Below the pieces are notes generated by a model, which did not search any database, had not been told where the DNA came from, and saw only the letters and a list, made by a program, of their open reading frames with translations. 64,000 bases of DNA from a virus (lineage: Duplodnaviria; Caudoviricetes): IMG/VR virus record IMGVR_UViG_3300010885_031309. One strand, written 5' to 3'. The translations under genes and the position numbers were made by a program. Below are positions 1 to 8,480 of this stretch, piece by piece; the first letter of the stretch is position 1, and every line of letters begins with the position of its first letter.

Positions 1-605
1 TTTCTTTTCTTAAATCTGTTGTAGCATTGCGTTTCAGCAATTTCCGGAACATGAGCAGGGTTATGAACTCCAAACTTATTAAAAAACTTTTCCTGCCAAT
101 TTATAAAATTATGCGAAATCCCATGTCGTTCCATCATAGTGTTGATTCTTTTTTGTTTTACTTGTTCGTTACTACTGGGATTTTCTACTCCGTATTTTTC
201 AATAAAATGTTTTTTTCTTTGTTCTGCCATTCCGGGCAGATTCATAGGGTTGTCTACTCCGTATTTTTCCTGTAGAGTTTGTTTGGCTAATTTTTTAATT
301 CCTTTGCCTGCTACTTTGTAATCAGCAAACATACTATAACCTTCACTCATTCCGGGTATATCTATACTTTCAACAGCCGCTCCAGCTCTCCATTTTCTTT
401 CCCTACCCGAAATTGGGCATAACGGAACAATATTAGTTTTGTTCCAATAATGCCACAGTTTTCTCTGTAGGTTCCACTCTGCTGGCAAGTTCATTTGAAC
501 AAATTGGTTTTCTAATTCTTCAAACCAAGAAGCCTTGCGTAAGCTAAAGATTAGTTTCTTCTGTAGAGTAGATGATTGTAGGTATTCTAATATTTGTTGT
601 TTCAT
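1..605 (-). CDS. Homing-endonuclease-like protein with KYG-x-x-NP repeats (partial; runs off the window start, absent from the ORF track)
   Basis: Manual translation from ATG at 605: MKQQILEYLQ...QEKYGVDNPMN...EKYGVENPSS...NKFGVHNPAH, open to position 1. ATAAATA lies just upstream on the minus strand. Confidence 0.7.
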   Translation of the reverse strand, partial: MKQQILEYLQSSTLQKKLIFSLRKASWFEELENQFVQMNLPAEWNLQRKLWHYWNKTNIVPLCPISGRERKWRAGAAVESIDIPGMSEGYSMFADYKVAGKGIKKLAKQTLQEKYGVDNPMNLPGMAEQRKKHFIEKYGVENPSSNEQVKQKRINTMMERHGISHNFINWQEKFFNKFGVHNPAHVPEIAETQCYNRFKKR

Positions 606-832
606 ACTTTTATTTATCTAAATGATGGAGAAACCTATTAAATAATATACCTAACATACAATTAAAGATAAATACAATCAATAACAAATGGGTTCGATGG
701 GGAAATAATTACTTGGACAAAAGAACATGATTAAACACGCGATATGTTAACATATCGTCTCGCGCACATAAATATAGTAGTATATATTCAACCGACAAAT
801 AAAGAAATCTGTGACAGTTTCATCAATTAAAA

Positions 833-1723
833 ATGCAAAAAAATATACTAATAGTAACCAAACTAGACCGAAACGAATACGAATCCAGTAGATTAGCGGA
901 TAGTTTTGAGTCAAAGGGAATAAAAACAATAACGGCTCATCCGGATGATTTTGATATTATCGTGGACAAAAACATTCATACTGGATTAAAATATCGCGGT
1001 AAAGATATGAAATTACCCGATCTAGCATTAATTAGATTGGGTGCTGGAATACAACCATTTCAATTAGCGGTTGTTCGTCAATTAGAGCAATCTGGTGTCA
1101 CTTGTGTAAATCAAAGTGTATCAATAGAAACCGTCAAAGACAAACTTCACGCCAGTCAAATTCTTAGTAGACATGGTATATCAATTCCTAATACTATGAT
1201 GGTTAGATTGCCAATAGACGACGACTTGGTGAAAAATAATATAGGGTTTCCATGTGTAGTAAAGGTTGTTACTGGTAGTTATGGCGAGGGCGTATATTTG
1301 TGCGAGAAGCAACGAGATTATCGTAAATTAATGGAATTTATTAATAATTTAGAAAGTAAAAAAACATTAATAGTACAAGAATATTTGGGCGAAAGACCAG
1401 GTGAAGATTTAAGAGTGTTGGTAGTTGGTGGAAAAGTAATCGGAGCAATGAAACGCACTGCACCCGAGGGAGACTTTAGAGCAAATATTACCAACGGCGG
1501 AACTGGACAAAAATTTGAAGTAACTGATGAAATAGACTATTTGGCAAGAGAAACCGCTAGAGTATTAAATTTAGATATTGCCGGAATAGATTTGCTATTT
1601 GATAGTAGAGGGTTCAGAGTTTGTGAGGCAAATAGCAATCCTGGATTTAGTGGTTTTGAAAAATACTGTGGCGTTAATGTGGCAGATTTAATCACTGATT
1701 ATATTAAATTCAAAATTCAATGA
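833..1723 (+). CDS. rimK: RimK-family ATP-grasp ligase
   Basis: KDKLHASQIL, GFPCVVKVVTGSYGEGV, IVQEYL, DLRVLVVGG, FRANITNGG, GIDLL, VCEANSNPG. Confidence 0.85.
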   Translation: MQKNILIVTKLDRNEYESSRLADSFESKGIKTITAHPDDFDIIVDKNIHTGLKYRGKDMKLPDLALIRLGAGIQPFQLAVVRQLEQSGVTCVNQSVSIETVKDKLHASQILSRHGISIPNTMMVRLPIDDDLVKNNIGFPCVVKVVTGSYGEGVYLCEKQRDYRKLMEFINNLESKKTLIVQEYLGERPGEDLRVLVVGGKVIGAMKRTAPEGDFRANITNGGTGQKFEVTDEIDYLARETARVLNLDIAGIDLLFDSRGFRVCEANSNPGFSGFEKYCGVNVADLITDYIKFKIQ

Positions 1724-2724
1724 AAAAAATATTAATTATCACTGATAACATACATTCAGAACAGATTAATGGTGTAGTAACTACATTTCAAAATATTGAG
1801 CAACATGCCATAGCTGATGGATATACAGTTGAATATATTGACCCAACACATTTTAAACACTGTAATGCTCCGGGATATTCTGATGTTAAGCTGGCATTGC
1901 CTATTGGAATAGGAAAAAAAATTAAAAAATCAAATCCCGATCACATTCATATTGCTACTGAGGGACCAATTGGACTAGCAGCAAATCTATGGTGCTGGAA
2001 AAATAATTACAAATTTAACACTAGTTATCATAGTAAGTGGCCAGAATTTATTAAAAAGATGTATGGGATTCCAGAATTTTTAACATACTCGTATCTGCGC
2101 TGGTTTCATAATCATAGTGGAATAGTTCTTACTACCACTGATACTATTGTTAATGAGCTAAAACAGCATAAGTTTAAGAGTAATATTATTGCGTGGACAC
2201 GCGGTGTTGACAGATCAATATTTAATAGTAGTCAGCGAGATAATTCACTGAATTATAAAAGACCTATACTATTAAATGTTGGACGAGTAAGCATAGAAAA
2301 GGGACTTGAAGACTACTGTAGTTTACAATACAAAGATTGTACAAAAATAGTAGTGGGTGACGGCCCAATTAAAAATGAATTGGAAAAAAAGTATCCAGAT
2401 GTCATTTGGACTGGAACTAAAAAGGGCAGTGAGTTAGCTTATTATTATGCTAACGCTGATGTGTTTGTTTTTACCAGTGTTACAGATACTTTTGGGTTAG
2501 TAATGATAGAAAGCATAGCGTGCGGAACTCCAATAGTTGGATACCCTGTACCTGGACCACTGGACATAATAGACGCTAGAGTTGGATTTATTGACACTGA
2601 TTTAAGCGCAGCAATAGACAGAGCACTTCTATTGAATAGAACAGAAGTATTGGAAGCTAGTTATCGCTGGTCATGGGAAGAATGCTGGCGCATTTTCAAA
2701 ACTAATTTGATACCAATTAATTAG
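1720..2724 (+). CDS. Glycosyltransferase family 4 (GT-B fold)
   Basis: PDHIHIATEGPIG, RGVD, VGRVSIEKG, VVGDGP, DVFVFTSVTDTFGLVMIESIACGTPIV. Confidence 0.9.
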   Translation: MKKILIITDNIHSEQINGVVTTFQNIEQHAIADGYTVEYIDPTHFKHCNAPGYSDVKLALPIGIGKKIKKSNPDHIHIATEGPIGLAANLWCWKNNYKFNTSYHSKWPEFIKKMYGIPEFLTYSYLRWFHNHSGIVLTTTDTIVNELKQHKFKSNIIAWTRGVDRSIFNSSQRDNSLNYKRPILLNVGRVSIEKGLEDYCSLQYKDCTKIVVGDGPIKNELEKKYPDVIWTGTKKGSELAYYYANADVFVFTSVTDTFGLVMIESIACGTPIVGYPVPGPLDIIDARVGFIDTDLSAAIDRALLLNRTEVLEASYRWSWEECWRIFKTNLIPIN

Positions 2725-2758
2725 TTTTTGTTCAGTTCTATAAGCATATGTGTTAATG

Positions 2759-2765
2759 ATAAATA
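2759..2765 (+). promoter_or_regulatory. T4-type late promoter core ATAAATA
   Basis: The same heptamer precedes many genes: + strand 5645, 6164, 7891, 24549, 29154, 31660, 48284, 48830, 51565, 53770, 55082; - strand 37907-37913, 62485-62491, 63047-63053. It resembles T4 TATAAATA. Confidence 0.75.
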
Positions 2766-2787
2766 CTTTATATTTTGGACCATAATC

Positions 2788-5211
2788 ATGGCTAACATCA
2801 GAAAATTAATTGACATTATTAATGAAACCAGTGCAGGTGCAACTTCATCTGGAAGCGTATCGGTAGTTGAGCAACCGTTATTGAAGCAAAGTAGAGTTGA
2901 AACTCCAGAAGCTCCGCAAATACTTGAATATGGAATGTGGGAGAATAGTGTACTTGCGACCAATAAAAAATTAAAAAAGACTCGCACTAAGGCACGTGAT
3001 GTGGTCAAGAAAATATATGGCGAAGACCAACCAGACAAGCAAAGTGTGTCAGAAAACTCAAAAAAAGTAGCAAAGAAAAAGAGCGACGGTATTCTATGGC
3101 GCGTAGAGCAATCAGAAGCAACTCTAAGATATTATGTTGTCAAGGGCCATCAAAACAAAGAATACTGGACCAATAAGCTAGGGGCTTCTGACTTTAATAA
3201 TAAATCTGATGCTGAAGCAAAAGCAAATGAATTGAATAATAAAGTAGATGAAGGATTCAGTGGTGCTGCTGCAGGAGCTATTGGTGGAGCAATTTTTGGA
3301 AAATCGCCACAGGCGGCTGTAACAGGAGCTAATATTGGTAGTAAAGTACAAGACATGTTTTCTAATGAAGATGTGGCGGAAGACAGCTTACAAGAAATAG
3401 GATACGCTGACAGCCTTGATGATGCTAATTATCCAATAGATAGACTTTTAAAAATCGGTAAGTTATACGATACCATTGAGGGCAATAAAGTAATGACTGC
3501 TGCCACGGGATCAGAAAAAGTGTATTTTTTAGTAGTAGATGATCAAGTTACTGCCTTCTTGGGATTCAAAAATAATCATCTAAAAAACATAAAGAATTTT
3601 ACAAAAACTCCGGGCGTTATCAGAGCGCTGATAGGGTGTTTAGTACACAAGCATGGTCAAAAAATCATTATTTCCAATAGTGAACCACTAACATCAGACG
3701 GTAAAAAATGGGTGCTTCATCTGATACAATCCCCGCGGGGGCTAAACATAGTAGATCAAAACGGCAAGCAGATTGATAGCAGATCGCTAAAACAAGAATG
3801 GTTAGAGGCACGAAAAACTAGCATACCTGGACCTACCAGTGTAGTAATTAGCGAGAACTATGAATTTGGTAATAAATTGCGAGAAAATGAATCGTTGAGA
3901 GAAAGCAATTCATTGCTTATGCCATATCAGTTTTACGACACAAAAATTAAAAAGCAAGTTGTGGCGGAAGCTTTAGTTAATGAAATAGGATTTGCAAATG
4001 AATTAGGCAAATTGTCAATGTCTGAACAAGATATTCTGAATAATAGCATCGTTGACGGACAAATAGGACAGCGAGATGTAATGAGATTTGAAATAGACAA
4101 TAATGCATTATACTTTTTTTCTGGAAAAAATAAAATTGAGGCTCTATTATTGTTAGATGGCTCCAGATTAGCAGCAATAAAAAACTTTACTCAAAATAAA
4201 GGTTTAATTCATGGTTTGTTTAATTACGTAGTGAACATGAAGAGAAAAAAATTAAGAATTGATCCTAATGATCAGTTGTCCCCGTACGGAATAGATTGGT
4301 TACTAAAACAGATTGAACGATCAGATGGTATTAAGATCACCGATTTAAATGGAAAATCAATTAATGCTGATGAATTGAGAAATGAATGGAATAAATCTAA
4401 ATCAGATTCTGATCAAGCCCCAGGATCAATCGGTATTATAATCGGTGAATCTGCTATGGGAAAAAGATTACGAGACAATGAACGCTCATTGATGCCATAT
4501 GACATATTTGGGGTCAATAAACATATTAATAAAGAGCAAGATGTGACGGAAGGCTGGAGCAAAAAGTACAAGCGTAGTATTGATTGCTCACATCCTAAAG
4601 GATTTAGTCAACGCGCTCATTGTGCCGGAAAAAAGAAACACAACGAAAGCATTGAAATGGAAATGATTTGCCCAGATTGTAATATGTGCGAAACACATGG
4701 CAACAACATGATGGAAGTCAAACAGCGATTAGATGCAAAATGCTGGGCGGGAAAACACAAAGAAGGAACTAAGATTAAAGGTGGGGTCAGAGTTAATAAC
4801 TGTGTTCCAAACGAAAGCGTTAGTGAAGATGGAATGTCATTCGGTAATATAGCTTCTGCTTCAATTGGTGGTGGAACAAGTAGCGGCACTAGTGATGGCA
4901 CAAAAATGTTTTTGGAAACAGAAAATGAGCCTAAAGTTAGACGATACAAAGATAACTTTGGACAAGATCATTGGGAAGTTTTAGACTGGAAGGGTCATCG
5001 CGTAATAAGTTTTACTAATCGTTCAGCGGCGCACGAATATCTAAAAAAGAATTTGTATCGTTTAATTGATACTGAAGAATTAGAAGAGGGTGAAAACAAA
5101 CGCATCAAGGGTGGCGACCCATGCAGAAAAAACTATCAAATGGTAGGCATGAAGCAAAAAAACGGTAGATCAGTTCCTAACTGCGTACCAGTATCAAAAA
5201 AGAAAAAGTAA
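2788..5211 (+). CDS. Modular polyprotein with leader, glycine zipper, two tandem GNAT-like domains and Cys-rich mini-modules
   Basis: Start moved to MANIRKLIDIINE, downstream of the late promoter. Duplicated domain of about 180 aa (EIGYAD..MPYQFY / EIGFAN..MPYDIF). Linkers EDVAED, QVVAEA, QDVTEG. Confidence 0.75.
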   Translation: MANIRKLIDIINETSAGATSSGSVSVVEQPLLKQSRVETPEAPQILEYGMWENSVLATNKKLKKTRTKARDVVKKIYGEDQPDKQSVSENSKKVAKKKSDGILWRVEQSEATLRYYVVKGHQNKEYWTNKLGASDFNNKSDAEAKANELNNKVDEGFSGAAAGAIGGAIFGKSPQAAVTGANIGSKVQDMFSNEDVAEDSLQEIGYADSLDDANYPIDRLLKIGKLYDTIEGNKVMTAATGSEKVYFLVVDDQVTAFLGFKNNHLKNIKNFTKTPGVIRALIGCLVHKHGQKIIISNSEPLTSDGKKWVLHLIQSPRGLNIVDQNGKQIDSRSLKQEWLEARKTSIPGPTSVVISENYEFGNKLRENESLRESNSLLMPYQFYDTKIKKQVVAEALVNEIGFANELGKLSMSEQDILNNSIVDGQIGQRDVMRFEIDNNALYFFSGKNKIEALLLLDGSRLAAIKNFTQNKGLIHGLFNYVVNMKRKKLRIDPNDQLSPYGIDWLLKQIERSDGIKITDLNGKSINADELRNEWNKSKSDSDQAPGSIGIIIGESAMGKRLRDNERSLMPYDIFGVNKHINKEQDVTEGWSKKYKRSIDCSHPKGFSQRAHCAGKKKHNESIEMEMICPDCNMCETHGNNMMEVKQRLDAKCWAGKHKEGTKIKGGVRVNNCVPNESVSEDGMSFGNIASASIGGGTSSGTSDGTKMFLETENEPKVRRYKDNFGQDHWEVLDWKGHRVISFTNRSAAHEYLKKNLYRLIDTEELEEGENKRIKGGDPCRKNYQMVGMKQKNGRSVPNCVPVSKKKK

Positions 5212-5230
5212 AAATATAACAAGACTGATC

Positions 5231-5611
5231 ATGCGAGCTAAAGAATTTATATTAGAATCCAACAGTGTTGTTAAAATAAAACAGCGACTTCCTAAAAATG
5301 CAGAGTCTGCAATGACGGGTGCTCATAGAGTTGCCGGAACTCTAGATCGCACATACGACTTGAACAGAATTATGATGTTATTGGCTGGGACAGATGGTAA
5401 AAATCATACACACGCTTCTCCTCAAAGCTGGGCTGGAAAAAATAATACTGCACATCCATATACCGTAGAAGAACTAAAAATGCTTAAACATGTATATGCT
5501 CTTGCAAATATAGAATGGGATGATGTTATTGCACAAAATTCCTCTAATAAAAGCACTGAACTAGATGACACGAATAAGCGTAGTCCAGTTAACTCATTTA
5601 AGGGATATTAA
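5231..5611 (+). CDS. Hypothetical protein with MRAKEFILE leader
   Basis: ORF with the leader motif shared across the window. Confidence 0.75.
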   Translation: MRAKEFILESNSVVKIKQRLPKNAESAMTGAHRVAGTLDRTYDLNRIMMLLAGTDGKNHTHASPQSWAGKNNTAHPYTVEELKMLKHVYALANIEWDDVIAQNSSNKSTELDDTNKRSPVNSFKGY

Positions 5612-5658
5612 TGTTACGCAGTGTTAAATGCAGATAGCATTTTGATAAATACTATATT

Positions 5659-6078
5659 ATGAAAACAGCAGAAATAGTATTACAAGAAAATGTTACGAGT
5701 GTTACATGGGCAATAACTTATTTCTCAGAATCTGAATTAAGAAAACCTGCGCTTAGAAGAGTAATAAGTTCAAAGGGTGGATTTGTAACACCAGATGCAG
5801 CGGAAGAATGGGCCAAGACTAACAGAGTTGAGATACAAACACTATACAAAGAGCGTAAAAAGCCAACACAAGAAGCAATAAACCCAAATAATAGAATGGA
5901 TGACATTCCAACAACTACTACGTATATGCTGTATAAAAATACGGGTAATACATGGACTCCAGTTGCAAGATATCAAAGTGAAGCTGAAGCAAGACAGGTT
6001 GGACAAGAGATGATGCAAGAACTTGGCGGTAAGTTCAAAGTTAAAAAAATACAGTATCCTGTAACTAAATATGAATGA
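5659..6078 (+). CDS. Hypothetical two-module protein with MKTAEIVLQE leader
   Basis: ATAAATA at 5645; internal KPTQEA junction. Confidence 0.7.
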   Translation: MKTAEIVLQENVTSVTWAITYFSESELRKPALRRVISSKGGFVTPDAAEEWAKTNRVEIQTLYKERKKPTQEAINPNNRMDDIPTTTTYMLYKNTGNTWTPVARYQSEAEARQVGQEMMQELGGKFKVKKIQYPVTKYE

Positions 6079-6188
6079 TGTAAAATGCTGGTGCTTCTCT
6101 TTAGCATTAGAGTGGTTGGGTGTTGCTGTCTCGCGAACTACACTTTTATATATTATTTTTCTGATAAATACTTAAAATTGGAGTTATT

Positions 6189-6629
6189 ATGTTAGCCGAC
6201 ACGCTCAAAGTTATGTACGCTTCCACCTTTGTCTATTTCGTGAAATCGTTTGGATTTCATCATAATATTGAGGGTGAAAATTTCCCACAATACCATGAAT
6301 TTTTAAAAAACATCTATGAAGATGCACAAGATACATTAGATCCTCTTGCCGAATTAATTCGTCAATTAGATAGCTATACTCCTGGCAGTATTGCTCGTTT
6401 CTCTGAATTAAGTCAAATATCAGATCAAACAAAGATCCCACGGGCTGAATTAATGATGGCAGAATTATTCCAAGACAACCAGAAGTTGCTAGAAATGTGG
6501 AAGGCAGCATTCCCGCTAGCTGAAGAAGCAAATGAGCAAGGTATTGCTGATTTTATTGCCGGCAGAATTGATGCACATGGCAAGTGGGGTTGGCAACTAC
6601 GCAGCATTATGAAAAAGGAAAGAGCGTGA
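6189..6629 (+). CDS. dps: Dps/ferritin-like protein
   Basis: FHHNIEGENFPQYHEFLKNIYE, DPLAELIRQL, HGKWGWQLRS; four-helix ferritin pattern. Confidence 0.85.
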   Translation: MLADTLKVMYASTFVYFVKSFGFHHNIEGENFPQYHEFLKNIYEDAQDTLDPLAELIRQLDSYTPGSIARFSELSQISDQTKIPRAELMMAELFQDNQKLLEMWKAAFPLAEEANEQGIADFIAGRIDAHGKWGWQLRSIMKKERA

Positions 6630-7429
6630 AGATACGAGATTTATTAGAGAGTAAAATTCTAGTAGAAGGAGTACATGATCCCGCTATATTTAAGGCTGTG
6701 TTTGTAATTGGCGGCCCAGGTAGTGGTAAGAGTAAAGTTAGTGAATTATTGGCATTAAAATCGTTGGGTTTTGTTACTGTTAATAGCGACGAGGCGTTTT
6801 CTCACTTACTAACAAAACACGGTCTTAGTCTAAAAATGCCCCCAGAGGAAGAAACACAGCGTAGCGTTATGCGATCCCGTGCAAAAGAGATAACAGCTAA
6901 TAAAATGCAGCTTGCTCTTGACGGAAGATTGGGTGTTGTAATTGACGGAACAGGTGAAGATTACAGAAAAATAGCTGCAATTCATACAAACTTGAAAGAA
7001 ATGGGATATGAAAGTTTTTTGATCATAGTATATGCGAGTTTGGAAACAGCACTGCGTAGAAATGCAAAACGAGAGCGTAGTGTTCCAGAAACAATTGTTG
7101 AGAAAAAATGGCGCGGCGTACAAGAAAATTTGGATGAATTTTTGTTGACTTTTGAACACAGTACTATCATTGATAACAATGGAAACTTGAATGAATTAAT
7201 TCCACAGACTGAACATGTTTATAAAATGGTTGCACAGTGGTCTAAATCAGAACCCAGTAGTGATGAAGCTCAAACATGGATCAATGATCAGCTTGGTATC
7301 ACTGATGAACCCGACGAATACGATGATGTTGAAGACGACGATATTGAAGACGATGATATTGAAGATGATGAGCATGAAGATGACACTGACAGTGCTGAAG
7401 ATAACGATACTAATACAAAATTAAAATGA
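6626..7429 (+). CDS. Zeta-toxin/AAA_33-like P-loop kinase with leader and acidic tail
   Basis: GTG start overlapping the dps stop; MKIRDLLE leader; GGPGSGKS Walker A, NSDE, IDGTG, RNAKRER. Confidence 0.75.
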   Translation: MKIRDLLESKILVEGVHDPAIFKAVFVIGGPGSGKSKVSELLALKSLGFVTVNSDEAFSHLLTKHGLSLKMPPEEETQRSVMRSRAKEITANKMQLALDGRLGVVIDGTGEDYRKIAAIHTNLKEMGYESFLIIVYASLETALRRNAKRERSVPETIVEKKWRGVQENLDEFLLTFEHSTIIDNNGNLNELIPQTEHVYKMVAQWSKSEPSSDEAQTWINDQLGITDEPDEYDDVEDDDIEDDDIEDDEHEDDTDSAEDNDTNTKLK

Positions 7430-7845
7430 ACCACTGGATGACTTATGTTAAGGCTGCATATGAAGTCATTATGATGGCAGAGTCCAAGTCATCAGTGATT
7501 TTGGATCACGAGACCGAGGCATTTGTAGTTCACACATTTGCCAGATATATGGAACAACCTAATATACCTACTGATGTAATCGCAATCAAAATGATGACTG
7601 CTGTTAGTGAGCGTGGCGAAAAGCAAAAACACGCATTTCAACAAATTGCAGAAGAATGTTTGCTTATAAATGGGTTAGAATTGAATAGTCGTCGCTGGCC
7701 AACTAAAAACTACTACAGCGATATGGGCAAACTAGCACTGGAGCATCGTGCCTGGGTTGACCGTCCTCCAGAATTATTATACGAAAAAATTGCATATCAA
7801 TTTGACAACATCAGCAGAGTGTTGCACTCTATTAGACACGTCTAA
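7426..7845 (+). CDS. Hypothetical protein
   Basis: Coupled ORF, 139 aa. Confidence 0.7.
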   Translation: MNHWMTYVKAAYEVIMMAESKSSVILDHETEAFVVHTFARYMEQPNIPTDVIAIKMMTAVSERGEKQKHAFQQIAEECLLINGLELNSRRWPTKNYYSDMGKLALEHRAWVDRPPELLYEKIAYQFDNISRVLHSIRHV

Positions 7846-7903
7846 TTTACTCGTTCAGTTCTAGTAGAACAACTCAATCTGTGTTTGTGCATAAATACTA
7901 ATT

Positions 7904-8479
7904 ATGCATATATCAGAAGTCACCGAACAAAACACTGTTGATGATATTTCACCAGAGTTGCAACAGTTAATTGATATCGCCGGCAAAACTGGCGATAAGA
8001 TGGCTGCATCTAGCAAATACAAATATCAATTGTTTGTTCCACGCAAAACTGCGGTGTATGAAGACTTCAAGCCAAATGCAGAGCGCTGGACTAGTACCGC
8101 GATAAAACGCGGAGATACATACACTAGCGAGTGGGTAGAATGGTGTCATTTTAACATGCCACGATGGATAGATAATACTGGAACACTCTATCGTATAGAG
8201 CCTGGAGCAAAAATTCTGCACATTGGCAGTGATCGTCGTGCTATTGAGATTGCTAAATTATTCGGTAGACAATACAAAACTAGAAATTACGAACGATTAG
8301 GAAACTATCCGTGGAAAGAGTTAGGACTGTATTTTGATGCCATACATTATCCGGCAAGATTACGTCGTAGATATGACAACATATTGATGAGTTCATGGGA
8401 TGTAGAAAGCACTGCCTGGTATAACACTAACAAACTCACTGTTATTAAACAAGTGCAAGTTAAGGCGCGAGGTTGGTAG
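7904..8479 (+). CDS. Leader-bearing protein, possible ADP-ribosyltransferase-like fold
   Basis: MHISEVTE leader, ATAAATA at 7891; WTS...FDAIH...WDVES pattern. Confidence 0.55.
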   Translation: MHISEVTEQNTVDDISPELQQLIDIAGKTGDKMAASSKYKYQLFVPRKTAVYEDFKPNAERWTSTAIKRGDTYTSEWVEWCHFNMPRWIDNTGTLYRIEPGAKILHIGSDRRAIEIAKLFGRQYKTRNYERLGNYPWKELGLYFDAIHYPARLRRRYDNILMSSWDVESTAWYNTNKLTVIKQVQVKARGW

Positions 8480-8480
8480 T

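Noticed and set aside
27-929. Track ORFs 27-275, 139-321 (+) and 747-929 (-)
   Set aside because: They are shadows of the real minus-strand gene at 1-605 or of rimK. They have F/L/S-rich composition and no ribosome-binding site.
7310-7410. GA(T/C)-rich quasi-tandem repeat
   Set aside because: It is explained by the acidic D/E tail of the kinase and has no separate element structure.
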